Shown: one piece after another, positions 32,306 through 40,993 of the stretch | Position numbering within the stretch: the stretch's first letter is position 1 | Layout: each line of letters begins with the position of its first letter | Source: an uncultured Nitrospiraceae bacterium | Lineage (GTDB): Bacteria; Nitrospirota; Thermodesulfovibrionia; Thermodesulfovibrionales; SM23-35 | NCBI GenBank assembly: GCA_963727775.1 | Contig: CAVSHB010000004.1 | Coordinates: forward strand, 256,001 to 320,000 | Direction of reading: 5' to 3' | DNA: 64,000 bases | Translations under genes and position numbers: made by a program | Notes under the pieces: generated by a model | Seen by the model: the letters and a program-made list of their open reading frames with translations, nothing else | Database searches by the model: none | Told to the model about the DNA's origin: nothing

Positions 32306-33334
32306 GTGAAACACTGTCGATGCGAGCGAAATGTTCCTCGATTAAAGCACTGGAAAATGAAAAAGCAAGAGAATCCTCTACTGTCAATATTCGAAAGAGC
32401 GGCAACATTACCGGAGAATCCTCCAGGGTCAATATTCGATAGACTTATGGCAGTATTCCCCCCATTTGATGATCCACTCCTCTCTCTACAGGATCGATCG
32501 AGAGATTTTGAAACAGAAGCAGAATACTTCTGGATACATCTTTTGGAGAGAAATCAACTTTGGATGGGGGCCGGAGACACAGTAAGCTTCACACCGACAA
32601 CACATCATTTCCATACTCCTTATAAACAATTCATTACGCAGGGAATGCTATTCCCTGCCTGTTTTTGCCATTACCCAAGCCGATACACTGAAAGTTTTGC
32701 AATAGTGCGAGGTCTGTTAAATTGGCCCAAAATAGGAGCCTGCTTCTCAGGCCTAAAGATTAAAGAGAAAGATCTTGAATTTATTGTTTTCATACTGAAA
32801 CCCTGGCCATTTACCAATCAGTTCACAGAGGGATATCCTAAACTTGAATCATTTGTTCATTCAACATGCGCTGAAATAAACGGGGTAATAAAAAGGCTTT
32901 CACCTTTAGCAAAACAATTGAATGAGATTGAATTCCCATATACTGACATATTGCCTACTGTAGAGTTCGATCACATTAAATGTAAGTATTATTTGGCCGT
33001 GTGCCGCAAGATAGTACAATTGGGCAAGAAAATCCCAGACATGTACTTTAAGCATTTTGGGATAGAGAAAAGTAAATATAAATCACCGCAGAAACATACT
33101 TTTTGGAAATATGCTGTTGCCGGTGCAATACATAAGCTTAATGAATATTGCCATGACGCTGACTGCGACCCGAGGAGATGCACTGTCGATCATGTTAAAG
33201 CCTACCGAGTAGTAGCCCGCCTCCTTAAGATATTGTATCCATCCATCTGGCGAGGAAATATTGCTGTGATTTCAAACATTATCAAATCCAAACACAACGT
33301 ATTACTAAAGACTCTTGAATCGAAGAGTGCATAG
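32306..33334 (+). CDS. Hypothetical protein (element-borne; start may be ATG of MKKQEN)
   Basis: 342-codon ORF, no family recognised. Confidence 0.55.
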   Translation: MKHCRCERNVPRLKHWKMKKQENPLLSIFERAATLPENPPGSIFDRLMAVFPPFDDPLLSLQDRSRDFETEAEYFWIHLLERNQLWMGAGDTVSFTPTTHHFHTPYKQFITQGMLFPACFCHYPSRYTESFAIVRGLLNWPKIGACFSGLKIKEKDLEFIVFILKPWPFTNQFTEGYPKLESFVHSTCAEINGVIKRLSPLAKQLNEIEFPYTDILPTVEFDHIKCKYYLAVCRKIVQLGKKIPDMYFKHFGIEKSKYKSPQKHTFWKYAVAGAIHKLNEYCHDADCDPRRCTVDHVKAYRVVARLLKILYPSIWRGNIAVISNIIKSKHNVLLKTLESKSA

Positions 33335-33376
33335 GACCAATTCAGTATTTTCCCTTCCTCACGCGTAATTATTAAA

Positions 33377-35327
33377 CAGGAGTTTAAGGGGTAACTGCAT
33401 TTGAACTCTCCAACCGCTGGAAATTACTAGCTTTTTCCGACGACTTACTGTAAGACCCTACATTATTGTATAACAAACCCATTATTTGTGCGTTTTAAAT
33501 GCATTTTATGCTTGACATGTAAGACCCTACCATGGTAGTATTTGACATGGCACATTTCCATATCAAGACGAAAAAGGGAAGACCCTACCTCTATGTGCGC
33601 GAGATTGCCCGCGTTGGAGGGAAGCCTAAGGTAGTCTCCCAAATATACATCGGCTCTCCTGAACGGGTGGCTGGTCTCGTGGCAGGCTCTGCAGAGGCGG
33701 CAGTCAGGCTCAAAGTGGAAGAGTTCGGAGCATTGTGGCTGGCCCATCAAGTTAGCCAAGATGTTGACCTTGTGGGCATTGTAGACAAGGAGATCCAGAG
33801 GGGTACTCAGGAGGAAGGTCCGTCCGTAGGAGAGTATTTTTTGTACTGCATATGGAATCGGATGTGCGAGAGCACCAGCAAGAACAAGCTTGCCCAATGG
33901 TATGGGCGAACGGCTGTCCAGCAGATTCGTCCTGTTGATATTGATGAGTTCACCAGTCAACGCTACTGGGAAAAGTGGGACAGGGTATCGGAAGCTGCAC
34001 TCAAGACAATTGCCCGGCGATTCTTTGAGAGCATCTGGGAGCTTGAATCCCCTAATGCCGACTGTCTGCTGTTCGATACCACGAACTACTACACCTTTAT
34101 GGCGAGTGATACGCCCTCTGAGCTTGCTCGCCGGGGGAAGAACAAGGAAGGACGACATAATCTCCGGCAGATCGGATTAGGGCTTCTGGTATCGCGCGAT
34201 AGCCGGCTGCCGTTGTACTATTGCGCCTATCCGGGCAATCTCCATGACAGTCGTCAGTTTGAGGCGGTCATGGATGAGATGTTCGGAGTCGTATGCGGAC
34301 TGAACAAGACGAAACAAAAACTTACCGTCGTGATAGACAAAGGGATGAACTCCGAGGGCAATTTCGCTTGGATAGACGAGCACTCCCGCATACATTTTGT
34401 GACGACGTATTCAACCTACTTCGCCGAGGAACTGGCCATGACGTCTTTGGATGTCTTTGAGCCGGCGGACACGGAGAAGAATCGGCTACTGCTACAGAAG
34501 GGGAAGAAGGAGGACCGCATGCTCGTGTACCGAACAAAGGGCGAATACTGGGGCAAGCAACGGGCGGTAGTGGTAACGTATAATCCGATAACGGCAAGAA
34601 AGCAAACCTACACGCTTGACAGTAAACTGGATGCGATCCGACAGGAACTCCTTGCCATGAGGTCAAAGGTTCGTAATAAAGAACCTCATTGGCGCAAACA
34701 GGAAGCGATCCGAGAAAGATATCTGCGTCTCTGTGAGCGTTTTCACGTGCCGAGCGATTTCTACGCCCTGGAGTTCTCTCAGACGGCAGAAGGTTTGGGT
34801 ATGAGTTTCCGGAGAGATGGGACGGCCATCGAGCGAAAGCGCATAATGCTCGGCAAGAACATCATTATCACCGACAACGTGGATTGGACCACAACGGCTA
34901 TAGTAAAAGCCAGCCTCGACCGATGGCAAGTGGAGAGCCGCTTCCGGCTTAGCAAAGAAGACGATCTGGTTGCCATGCGGCCCATAAGACACTGGACCGA
35001 CAGCAAGATACGCTGTCACCTGTTCAGTTGTGTTGTCGCTATGACATATTTGCGGCGGATTGAGTTGAAACTTAATGCCACAGGTATTCATCGCACAGCG
35101 GAAGACGTCATGGAGGACATGCGGAATCTACATTCTGTACTGCTTTTAAAGGAAGGCGGAAGAAAGGCTGGCCGCCAGATAGAGATACCGACGAAGACCC
35201 AAGCCGAAGTCCTATCGGCTTTTGGTTTCTCAGTAAATGCCAGTGGGGTCTTACACCCCAAAACCAGCTAAAGCCTTGTCATTGTTAGATCTGTGAGACT
35301 TTTTAGAGGTTACCCCTTAAACTCCTG
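33377..35327 (+). mobile_element. IS1634-family insertion sequence (apparently intact)
   Basis: Perfect 19-bp IRs CAGGAGTTTAAGGGGTAAC; 5-bp target duplication TTAAA (33372-33376, 35328-35332). Confidence 0.92.
33547..35271 (+). CDS. IS1634-family transposase
   Basis: FDTTNYYT, RGKNKEGRHNLRQ, DKGM, VESRFRLSK, PIRHWTDSKIRCH. Confidence 0.88.
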   Translation: MAHFHIKTKKGRPYLYVREIARVGGKPKVVSQIYIGSPERVAGLVAGSAEAAVRLKVEEFGALWLAHQVSQDVDLVGIVDKEIQRGTQEEGPSVGEYFLYCIWNRMCESTSKNKLAQWYGRTAVQQIRPVDIDEFTSQRYWEKWDRVSEAALKTIARRFFESIWELESPNADCLLFDTTNYYTFMASDTPSELARRGKNKEGRHNLRQIGLGLLVSRDSRLPLYYCAYPGNLHDSRQFEAVMDEMFGVVCGLNKTKQKLTVVIDKGMNSEGNFAWIDEHSRIHFVTTYSTYFAEELAMTSLDVFEPADTEKNRLLLQKGKKEDRMLVYRTKGEYWGKQRAVVVTYNPITARKQTYTLDSKLDAIRQELLAMRSKVRNKEPHWRKQEAIRERYLRLCERFHVPSDFYALEFSQTAEGLGMSFRRDGTAIERKRIMLGKNIIITDNVDWTTTAIVKASLDRWQVESRFRLSKEDDLVAMRPIRHWTDSKIRCHLFSCVVAMTYLRRIELKLNATGIHRTAEDVMEDMRNLHSVLLLKEGGRKAGRQIEIPTKTQAEVLSAFGFSVNASGVLHPKTS

Positions 35328-35382
35328 TTAAAAAATACTTTTCATTTTCATATCCTCATTATTCATGTAAAAATTAGATACC

Positions 35383-35634
35383 ATGAGAAAGAACAACGAT
35401 CTTCGAGAAAGATTTTATACCACCCTCGATGCCTACCAGGCCGGCTTCTTAACTCTCAGAAGATTTCATTCAAAACTTATTGATCAAAACGGAAAGATTG
35501 TTTTTGTTTTCGATTTGTCCGACGAACTGTTACAGGCTCTTGCCGATTATAACACTGGAGCGGTCGTGGAGGCGTCGAGGTTCGCATTTGCGATAAAGAC
35601 TCTAAAAAGCCAAATACATTCAATGAGAAGGTAA
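35383..35634 (+). CDS. DUF5659-like small phage/ICE protein
   Basis: YTTLDAYQAGFL...IVFVF...K.LKSQI pattern. Confidence 0.55.
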   Translation: MRKNNDLRERFYTTLDAYQAGFLTLRRFHSKLIDQNGKIVFVFDLSDELLQALADYNTGAVVEASRFAFAIKTLKSQIHSMRR

Positions 35635-35648
35635 AAAAGGGAAAAAAT

Positions 35649-35789
35649 ATGGCAATTAGGGAAAGGAAGGATAAGTATCAGCGAAACCTTTTTACAGAAT
35701 TTGAGGCGATAGTTGGCGGAAACAATACATCAATTATTTTAGATCCAATCTTTCACCTGATTCGTTTCTGCCCACGACGACCTTCTTAA
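35649..35789 (+). CDS. Possible 46-aa protein
   Basis: ATG after a purine-rich stretch, filling the gap between co-oriented element genes. Confidence 0.25.
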   Translation: MAIRERKDKYQRNLFTEFEAIVGGNNTSIILDPIFHLIRFCPRRPS

Positions 35790-35832
35790 ATGAATGGATC
35801 TATTGCCACGATAAGGGATAAGGAAAATAGAC

Positions 35833-36381
35833 GTGGGTTATACAAACACCAAATATAGAATTCCCGGAGGCGGGGTATTTATACCGTGGGATATCTTGAA
35901 CAATACAACAAGCACTGCATATCGAGATTTAAAACCTTCAGCGGCTAAAGCCCTCCCTTTCTTTTTAGGTAAGGTCAAGTTCGGTAGGAAATCCTGCATT
36001 GAATATGGCTCTCCTCAGTATTATGAAATCGAATTCAAATTTCCTTTTTACGAGGCCCGGAAAAATGGCTTTGCAAATTCGACGTTTGAAACGATTATCG
36101 AAGAACTCATAAATAAAGGTTTTATTGATCCAGTTCATCGGGGAGGCATGAAAAGTCAGGGGTTGGGGTTCAGTAAATTTAGGCTATCGCCACGATGGAA
36201 GGAATACGGGAAACCAGCGTTTGTAAAAATCGACTGGGGACATTACAAGATAAGAAAACCTCGCGTCAGGACCATGGAGGAAGCCCGTGTCTTTTGTCAG
36301 CCTGAAGACATAGAAAAGCGTTTTTCAGTTCCAAAACGTGAAACAAACAATTCCAAAAATGGAAATATTAGCAGAGGATAG
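35833..36381 (+). CDS. Putative winged-helix DNA-binding protein
   Basis: AYRDLKPSA...STFETIIEELINKGFI...GG...FRLS resembles wHTH proteins of mobile elements. Confidence 0.55.
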   Translation: MGYTNTKYRIPGGGVFIPWDILNNTTSTAYRDLKPSAAKALPFFLGKVKFGRKSCIEYGSPQYYEIEFKFPFYEARKNGFANSTFETIIEELINKGFIDPVHRGGMKSQGLGFSKFRLSPRWKEYGKPAFVKIDWGHYKIRKPRVRTMEEARVFCQPEDIEKRFSVPKRETNNSKNGNISRG

Positions 36382-36672
36382 AACGGATTATTTCACAAAA
36401 TGGAACTGTAAGGGGTACAACAACGTGAAAGTTATTTCACTTTCTGGAGGTATTACTATAGTAACCAGAGCATACGAATGCGAACGTCCCATCTCTCACG
36501 TAAGACTGCATTCTTCAATAGCATTGCCTTTGATTCAAACATTAGATTTTCAAACGAGGTCTCTGATAGGACGGTTAACCATGAATGATAAGCTGACCAA
36601 ACCCTCATATATTAATAAAAATAGGATGTTTGCAAATGTTGGCACGCCAACCACTTTGATAAGGAGGAAAAT

Positions 36673-37275
36673 GTGAAAAAGGGCGCTGATCCCGAAATAA
36701 TTAGATTCCACAACGAAGGGAAGTCCTTCCGTGAGATAGGCCGCCTCATCGGTATCTCTCATGTTGCCGTGAGAAAGCGATATTTGAGGGCCGCGAAGGT
36801 TACCGGTGATATGAGCCAAACAAGCAATGCAGAAGGCACTGGTAACCTGAGAAAACCTGAAGTCCCACTAAACCCCGCAATAACCGAGGCTAATAAACGA
36901 GAAGGTTCGGAAGTCATTAAAGCACTGCTTGATGGTAAGCAGCCCGGTAACCTAAGAGAGGACGAGGTTTCGCCATCAGTGAGCGAGGAAGAAAACTTAA
37001 CAAAACTTAACATCGCGACGGAGAACACAAAAGCACCGGTAGAACCGAAATATTACCGACATGTCCCCACAGGGCAAATCTTTTACCGCAACGATAAGAT
37101 CAAGGAGGAGATAAAGGCAGAACTCGAACCCTATTACCCTCCAAAGTATCTCAGAAAATGGAACGAGCCTAATCGCGGTGGAATTTTTATCTGGACACTT
37201 GCATTGTCTCGGAGACCAGATTTCGAGCCTTACGATGGTGAATTGCCGGCAGCGTTGAAACGTGAGGGGAAGTGA
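36673..37275 (+). CDS. HTH protein with duplicated C-terminal motif
   Basis: RBS AAGGAGG; GKSFREIGRLIGISHVAVRKR helix-turn-helix. Confidence 0.7.
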   Translation: MKKGADPEIIRFHNEGKSFREIGRLIGISHVAVRKRYLRAAKVTGDMSQTSNAEGTGNLRKPEVPLNPAITEANKREGSEVIKALLDGKQPGNLREDEVSPSVSEEENLTKLNIATENTKAPVEPKYYRHVPTGQIFYRNDKIKEEIKAELEPYYPPKYLRKWNEPNRGGIFIWTLALSRRPDFEPYDGELPAALKREGK

Positions 37276-37314
37276 CTGAATGAATGCATGCTTTAAGATC
37301 AAGGTTGTGGATAT

Positions 37315-37539
37315 ATGATAAGAAAGATTCTACCGCCAGAAAATAAGACCGTTTTCAACGCTTCCGAGGCGTGCGGATATATGGGCGTTTGCTGGAATAG
37401 CCTGAAAAAGTTAATTAATGAAGGCGAAATTAGAGCCATAAGGATTGGGAAAAGATATTTAATCCCTAAAGAGTCGTTAGACAATTTTATTAATCAAGAT
37501 GCAATGATAACACGAGCTTTCGTGAAAGGGATGAAATAA
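37315..37539 (+). CDS. Excisionase-like HTH_17 protein
   Basis: FNASEACGYMGV...LINEGEIRAIRIGKRYLIP; directly upstream of integrase. Confidence 0.85.
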   Translation: MIRKILPPENKTVFNASEACGYMGVCWNSLKKLINEGEIRAIRIGKRYLIPKESLDNFINQDAMITRAFVKGMK

Positions 37540-37577
37540 CCTTGACTCTTTCTAATAGGGACAACTACAATCTGAAT

Positions 37578-38552
37578 ATGCGCCTTTTTCGACGAGCAAA
37601 CGGTGTTTATTATGCAGAGTTAAAGAGGGGTGTCTGGCGATCACTTAAAACAAAAGATGAGCGGGAAGCAAAAACCAGATTTAAGAGTATCGCCAGAGAG
37701 GCATTGAAAGGCAAACTCCTTCTTCTTGATAAACAATCTACGATAACTATTCAAGAATTTTTTGATGAATACCTAAAATGGGCTGAGAATAACAGATCCA
37801 GGACCACGCATGAAAGAGCTACATATACGATTAAGAAATTCGTCGTGGCATTAGGCGGCAGTAGAGATCTCGTATCGCTTAAATCAAAAGACATGGATAC
37901 ATTTCTTGATTACTGCCGGATGAAAGGGAATAAACCGCCCACCCTCGATATCGAAAGAAGAACAATAAAGGGGATACTGACTCAGGCGGTCAAATGGGAA
38001 TATTTAAAGGCGAATCCTTTCAAGGGGTATGCTCAGATCAAATTCCATAAGAGATTGCCCTTATGGCTTGAACTGGATCAGATCAAGAGAGTATTTGATG
38101 TTATCGGTAGTAATCGAGGCTATCGACTTATGTTTGCCTTATTCATTTATACGGGAGGCCGAAGAGAAGAAATAAAGAAGTTGCAATGGTCTGATATAAA
38201 AAATGAGGGGATACATTTTAGAGAAACGAAAAACTACCAGGCAAGAACAATCCCTATTTGTGATAGCCTTAAGAATATTTTGGCTGAATATGACAGAGGA
38301 GTCGGTTTTCTGTTTGACATTTCTTTAGATCAAATCACTCACAGAATGAAATATTATCTCAGAAAAGCGGAAGTAGGTTATATAAGAACTCATGATCTTA
38401 GGCATACGTTTGCATCGCATCTCAGGAAGGCGGGAGTTAGCATTGACAGGATAAAGGAATTATTAGGTCACAAATCGTTATCTACCACCATGATTTATGC
38501 TCACCTTGACCAAACAGACCTAAAAGAAGCAATGCGGAAATTACCTTATTAG
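37578..38552 (+). CDS. Tyrosine recombinase/integrase
   Basis: Catalytic R (TGGRREE), K (ETKN), HDLRH, LGH, Y (TMIY). ATG 37578 follows TTGACT-N18-TACAAT. Confidence 0.95.
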   Translation: MRLFRRANGVYYAELKRGVWRSLKTKDEREAKTRFKSIAREALKGKLLLLDKQSTITIQEFFDEYLKWAENNRSRTTHERATYTIKKFVVALGGSRDLVSLKSKDMDTFLDYCRMKGNKPPTLDIERRTIKGILTQAVKWEYLKANPFKGYAQIKFHKRLPLWLELDQIKRVFDVIGSNRGYRLMFALFIYTGGRREEIKKLQWSDIKNEGIHFRETKNYQARTIPICDSLKNILAEYDRGVGFLFDISLDQITHRMKYYLRKAEVGYIRTHDLRHTFASHLRKAGVSIDRIKELLGHKSLSTTMIYAHLDQTDLKEAMRKLPY

Positions 38553-38561
38553 AATGTTGAG

Positions 38562-38582
38562 AATGCAAGCAAAATGCAAGCA
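38562..38582 (+). repeat. Tandem AATGCAAGCA x2 (11-bp period), candidate integrase arm sites
   Basis: Located between the int stop and the tRNA fragment. Confidence 0.6.
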
Positions 38583-38623
38583 GGGGCTTTGTAGAATGGC
38601 TATAAATAAAGAAAGATCACACT

Positions 38624-38663
38624 ATCCTAAGTCCAGCGCGTCTGCCAGTTCCGCCACTCTCGC
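38624..38663 (-). tRNA. 5' half only of tRNA-Leu(TAG) (att site; not an intact tRNA)
   Basis: GCGAGAG TGGCGGAACTGGCAGACGC G CTGGA CT-TAG-GA T; the match ends just after the anticodon loop. Confidence 0.85.
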
Positions 38664-38820
38664 ATGCATGATTTTAAAGGATTCTTTGACATTCGGTCAA
38701 ACGTCTTCCCCGTCAAATCTGACTAAGTTGTGACTGTGGCAAGAATCGAGTGAGAGTGGAAATGCTTCCCTCGTAGCGATCCGGTGATCAGACGGAAGCT
38801 ATCCCCCGAATTCTAAAGTA

Positions 38821-39114
38821 TCAACATCCTTCTGATTTCAATCTTGTGGACTGTTGCTTCAGTCGTTCTGAGAGCCATACCTTTATGAGCGACTGATAAG
38901 GCACATCCCGTTTATTCGCCTCAATGCGTATTGCCTCAAGGAGCGAAAGCGGCAGCCGTAAAGAAATGGATTGAGTTGAAGGCTTCAGATTCGGAAAACG
39001 GGCGAGTACCGTCTTAGTGGAATCAAAATACTCGGACGTGTCGTGTGTCTCCCAAAAGCGGCGTTCTTCAACCTCTGACTTAAACTTCGGGGTTGCTTTT
39101 AATTTCTTGCTCAT
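38821..39114 (-). CDS. brnA: BrnA/CopG-like antitoxin
   Basis: EERRFWETHD, ISLRLP, PYQSLIK; overlaps the toxin gene. Confidence 0.85.
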   Translation of the reverse strand: MSKKLKATPKFKSEVEERRFWETHDTSEYFDSTKTVLARFPNLKPSTQSISLRLPLSLLEAIRIEANKRDVPYQSLIKVWLSERLKQQSTRLKSEGC

Positions 39115-39397
39115 ATAACTTCCTTTCTTTAGAATTCATATTACGGACGGAGATGACTCGTACCAGCGCACCGGCTTGTCTCAATGTGAAAATGACCATC
39201 ACGCGCCGGCCGTCTGCCGTTTCCCCGAGAGCCAGATATCTCCGTTCGGATTCGCCGTGCTTCTCATCCGGTGTAATGAAGAGCGGCTCATTAAAGAAGA
39301 CCTGTTCGGCCTCCGCCTGCGTGACACCATGCTTCTCATTCTTTCGAGCATTGCCAGTATCCCAATCAAATCCCTCTAATTTATCGAGGTCTATCAC
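39080..39397 (-). CDS. brnT: BrnT (DUF497) ribonuclease toxin
   Basis: FDWD.GN..KN.KHGV...EAEQVF, RVISVR. Confidence 0.9.
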   Translation of the reverse strand: MIDLDKLEGFDWDTGNARKNEKHGVTQAEAEQVFFNEPLFITPDEKHGESERRYLALGETADGRRVMVIFTLRQAGALVRVISVRNMNSKERKLYEQEIKSNPEV

Positions 39398-39401
39398 GAT
39401 T

Positions 39402-39420
39402 GTATATTATCATAATATAC
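39402..39420. promoter_or_regulatory. Palindromic operator, probable BrnA autorepression site
   Basis: GTATATTAT-C-ATAATATAC perfect inverted repeat 4 nt upstream of the toxin start. Confidence 0.65.
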
Positions 39421-39674
39421 TTAATAAAGCAAAACAAACCTGACTGAATAATTTCTGAGGCCGGGTAAAGGAGATTTGAAAATATTTCCAAGTTTCATGG
39501 GAATATTTCCTTTTACAGGACAGATTGCCCGTAATGAGTACTATTATTTTCTTAAAAATCAAAATAAATCTATACCTTACATTTTGGCATCTTTATTGCA
39601 TTTATTTTTTTAAAAATTTATAACTTCCAGCATTTGATGATGTAAAGTTTAAATTTCGAATACTTGATAAAGCT

Positions 39675-40190
39675 ATGTGGAAAATTCTTATAAATGAAAC
39701 CCAATTAAGAGAATGGGTTGAAGCGGCCGGAAGGATCAAGGAAGATTTCGGCATAGATAGGGCTTTGGGATACCTCATAGGAGAAAAATTCTATAGTATT
39801 GTTTCCCCTCTCCGTTCCTGCAAAGAATTAATCAGGACTATTGATGAAGAAATGAAGAATCCGGATTATAATCCGGTAGGCGTGACATTATACAGAAGCC
39901 GTAAACTTGTGACCAACCTGCACGAGATTTATAAAAAAGAAATTGCGATCATCACAGAGACCGAGAAACTGTTATTCAAATTTACAGCGTTGATCAGGGA
40001 AGCCTTTGAGCCATATGAGATACGCAACTATTTTAAATCCAATCCCCGATTCGGCATGAAGGCGCATATCGCCTCCGATGAGGAATATGAGTTTCTTGCC
40101 GGCAGAGGAATTGTTGAACATTCGTTAGACACCGAAATTGATGACGCGCTGATATACGGAGGAATAATGAAGTATTTTTATAATTCCTGA
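39675..40190 (+). CDS. Hypothetical protein
   Basis: 171-codon ORF, no family recognised. Confidence 0.55.
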   Translation: MWKILINETQLREWVEAAGRIKEDFGIDRALGYLIGEKFYSIVSPLRSCKELIRTIDEEMKNPDYNPVGVTLYRSRKLVTNLHEIYKKEIAIITETEKLLFKFTALIREAFEPYEIRNYFKSNPRFGMKAHIASDEEYEFLAGRGIVEHSLDTEIDDALIYGGIMKYFYNS

Positions 40191-40272
40191 TAACCGGGAA
40201 CCATTGGCATCCCTGCCTTCACGCTGCTCTGAAGTTATCTAACTCTGCTTAGAATAGATTCAAACGGTGGGA

Positions 40273-40641
40273 TTACTGCGAGACTTTGTTTCCCTTCTTA
40301 CCCTCTGCGGCTTCCGCAGTATTGTCAGTTGCGCCGCCTCCGGGTAATTCTGTAATCGTGTCAACGGCCTTTGCGAAGTCCGTCTTGACCTGTTCCTTAA
40401 TGTCCTGCAACGACTTCCTTAATTCAATTCCGCCATCTATAATGCGTCTTTAATTCCGAACGCATCTTTAATCTCGCTGAACTCTTCGTGGACCTGTCCT
40501 TTTATATTATCCATTGATTTTTTTCAGCTCACCAAGACCTTTGCCGAGCGTCTTGGCTATTTGAGGAAGCTTGTCCGGACCAACAACAATTAGTGCGACA
40601 GCAAATATTACTATTAATTCTCCTATACCGAAATCAAACAT
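40273..40641 (-). pseudogene. tatB: TatB with two compensating frameshifts
   Basis: MFDFGIGELIVIFAVALIVVGPDKLPQIAKTLGK; +1 in the A7 run at 40518-40524 gives an early stop, and -1 near 40440 returns to the original frame. Confidence 0.8.
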
Positions 40642-40702
40642 CCGCTAACCATTCCCCCTGGTTCTTTACTGCTGCAGAAAAAGATTTATTATGAAGCAGA
40701 TT

Positions 40703-40885
40703 CTAACGGTCTTCTTTTTTATTCCCATCCTTTTGGGATGGCTCTATTTCATCAAGCTCGGACATGCCTTTTTTGAAATTCCTGATTGCCTGTCCCACGC
40801 CGCTGCCTAACTGAGGCAGTTTAGTCGCACCGAACAATACAACAACGATTATCCCGATAAGGAGTATATCCTGAGTTCCAAACAT
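40703..40885 (-). CDS. tatA: Twin-arginine translocase TatA/E
   Basis: LFGATKLPQLGSGVGQAIRNFKK. Confidence 0.92.
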   Translation of the reverse strand: MFGTQDILLIGIIVVVLFGATKLPQLGSGVGQAIRNFKKGMSELDEIEPSQKDGNKKEDR

Positions 40886-40993
40886 TTTATGTTACCTCCG
40901 TTTTTAGTATTATATACTATTTAAAGATACGCATCTGAAAAAGCATTTACTCATGTTCCGCGTCTTTGGCCGGCATAGACAAGGGTTCATAAA

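Larger units (their letters stand above)
29588..38663. mobile_element. Remnant of a small tyrosine-integrase element at tRNA-Leu(TAG); left end lost
   Basis: xis-int next to a tRNA fragment and arm-like repeats; HTH genes and a defence cargo gene upstream. Confidence 0.7.

Noticed and set aside
36338..36676. 112-aa ORF between the wHTH and HTH genes
   Set aside because: Overlaps its neighbour, has no RBS or motif, and cannot be supported as a gene.
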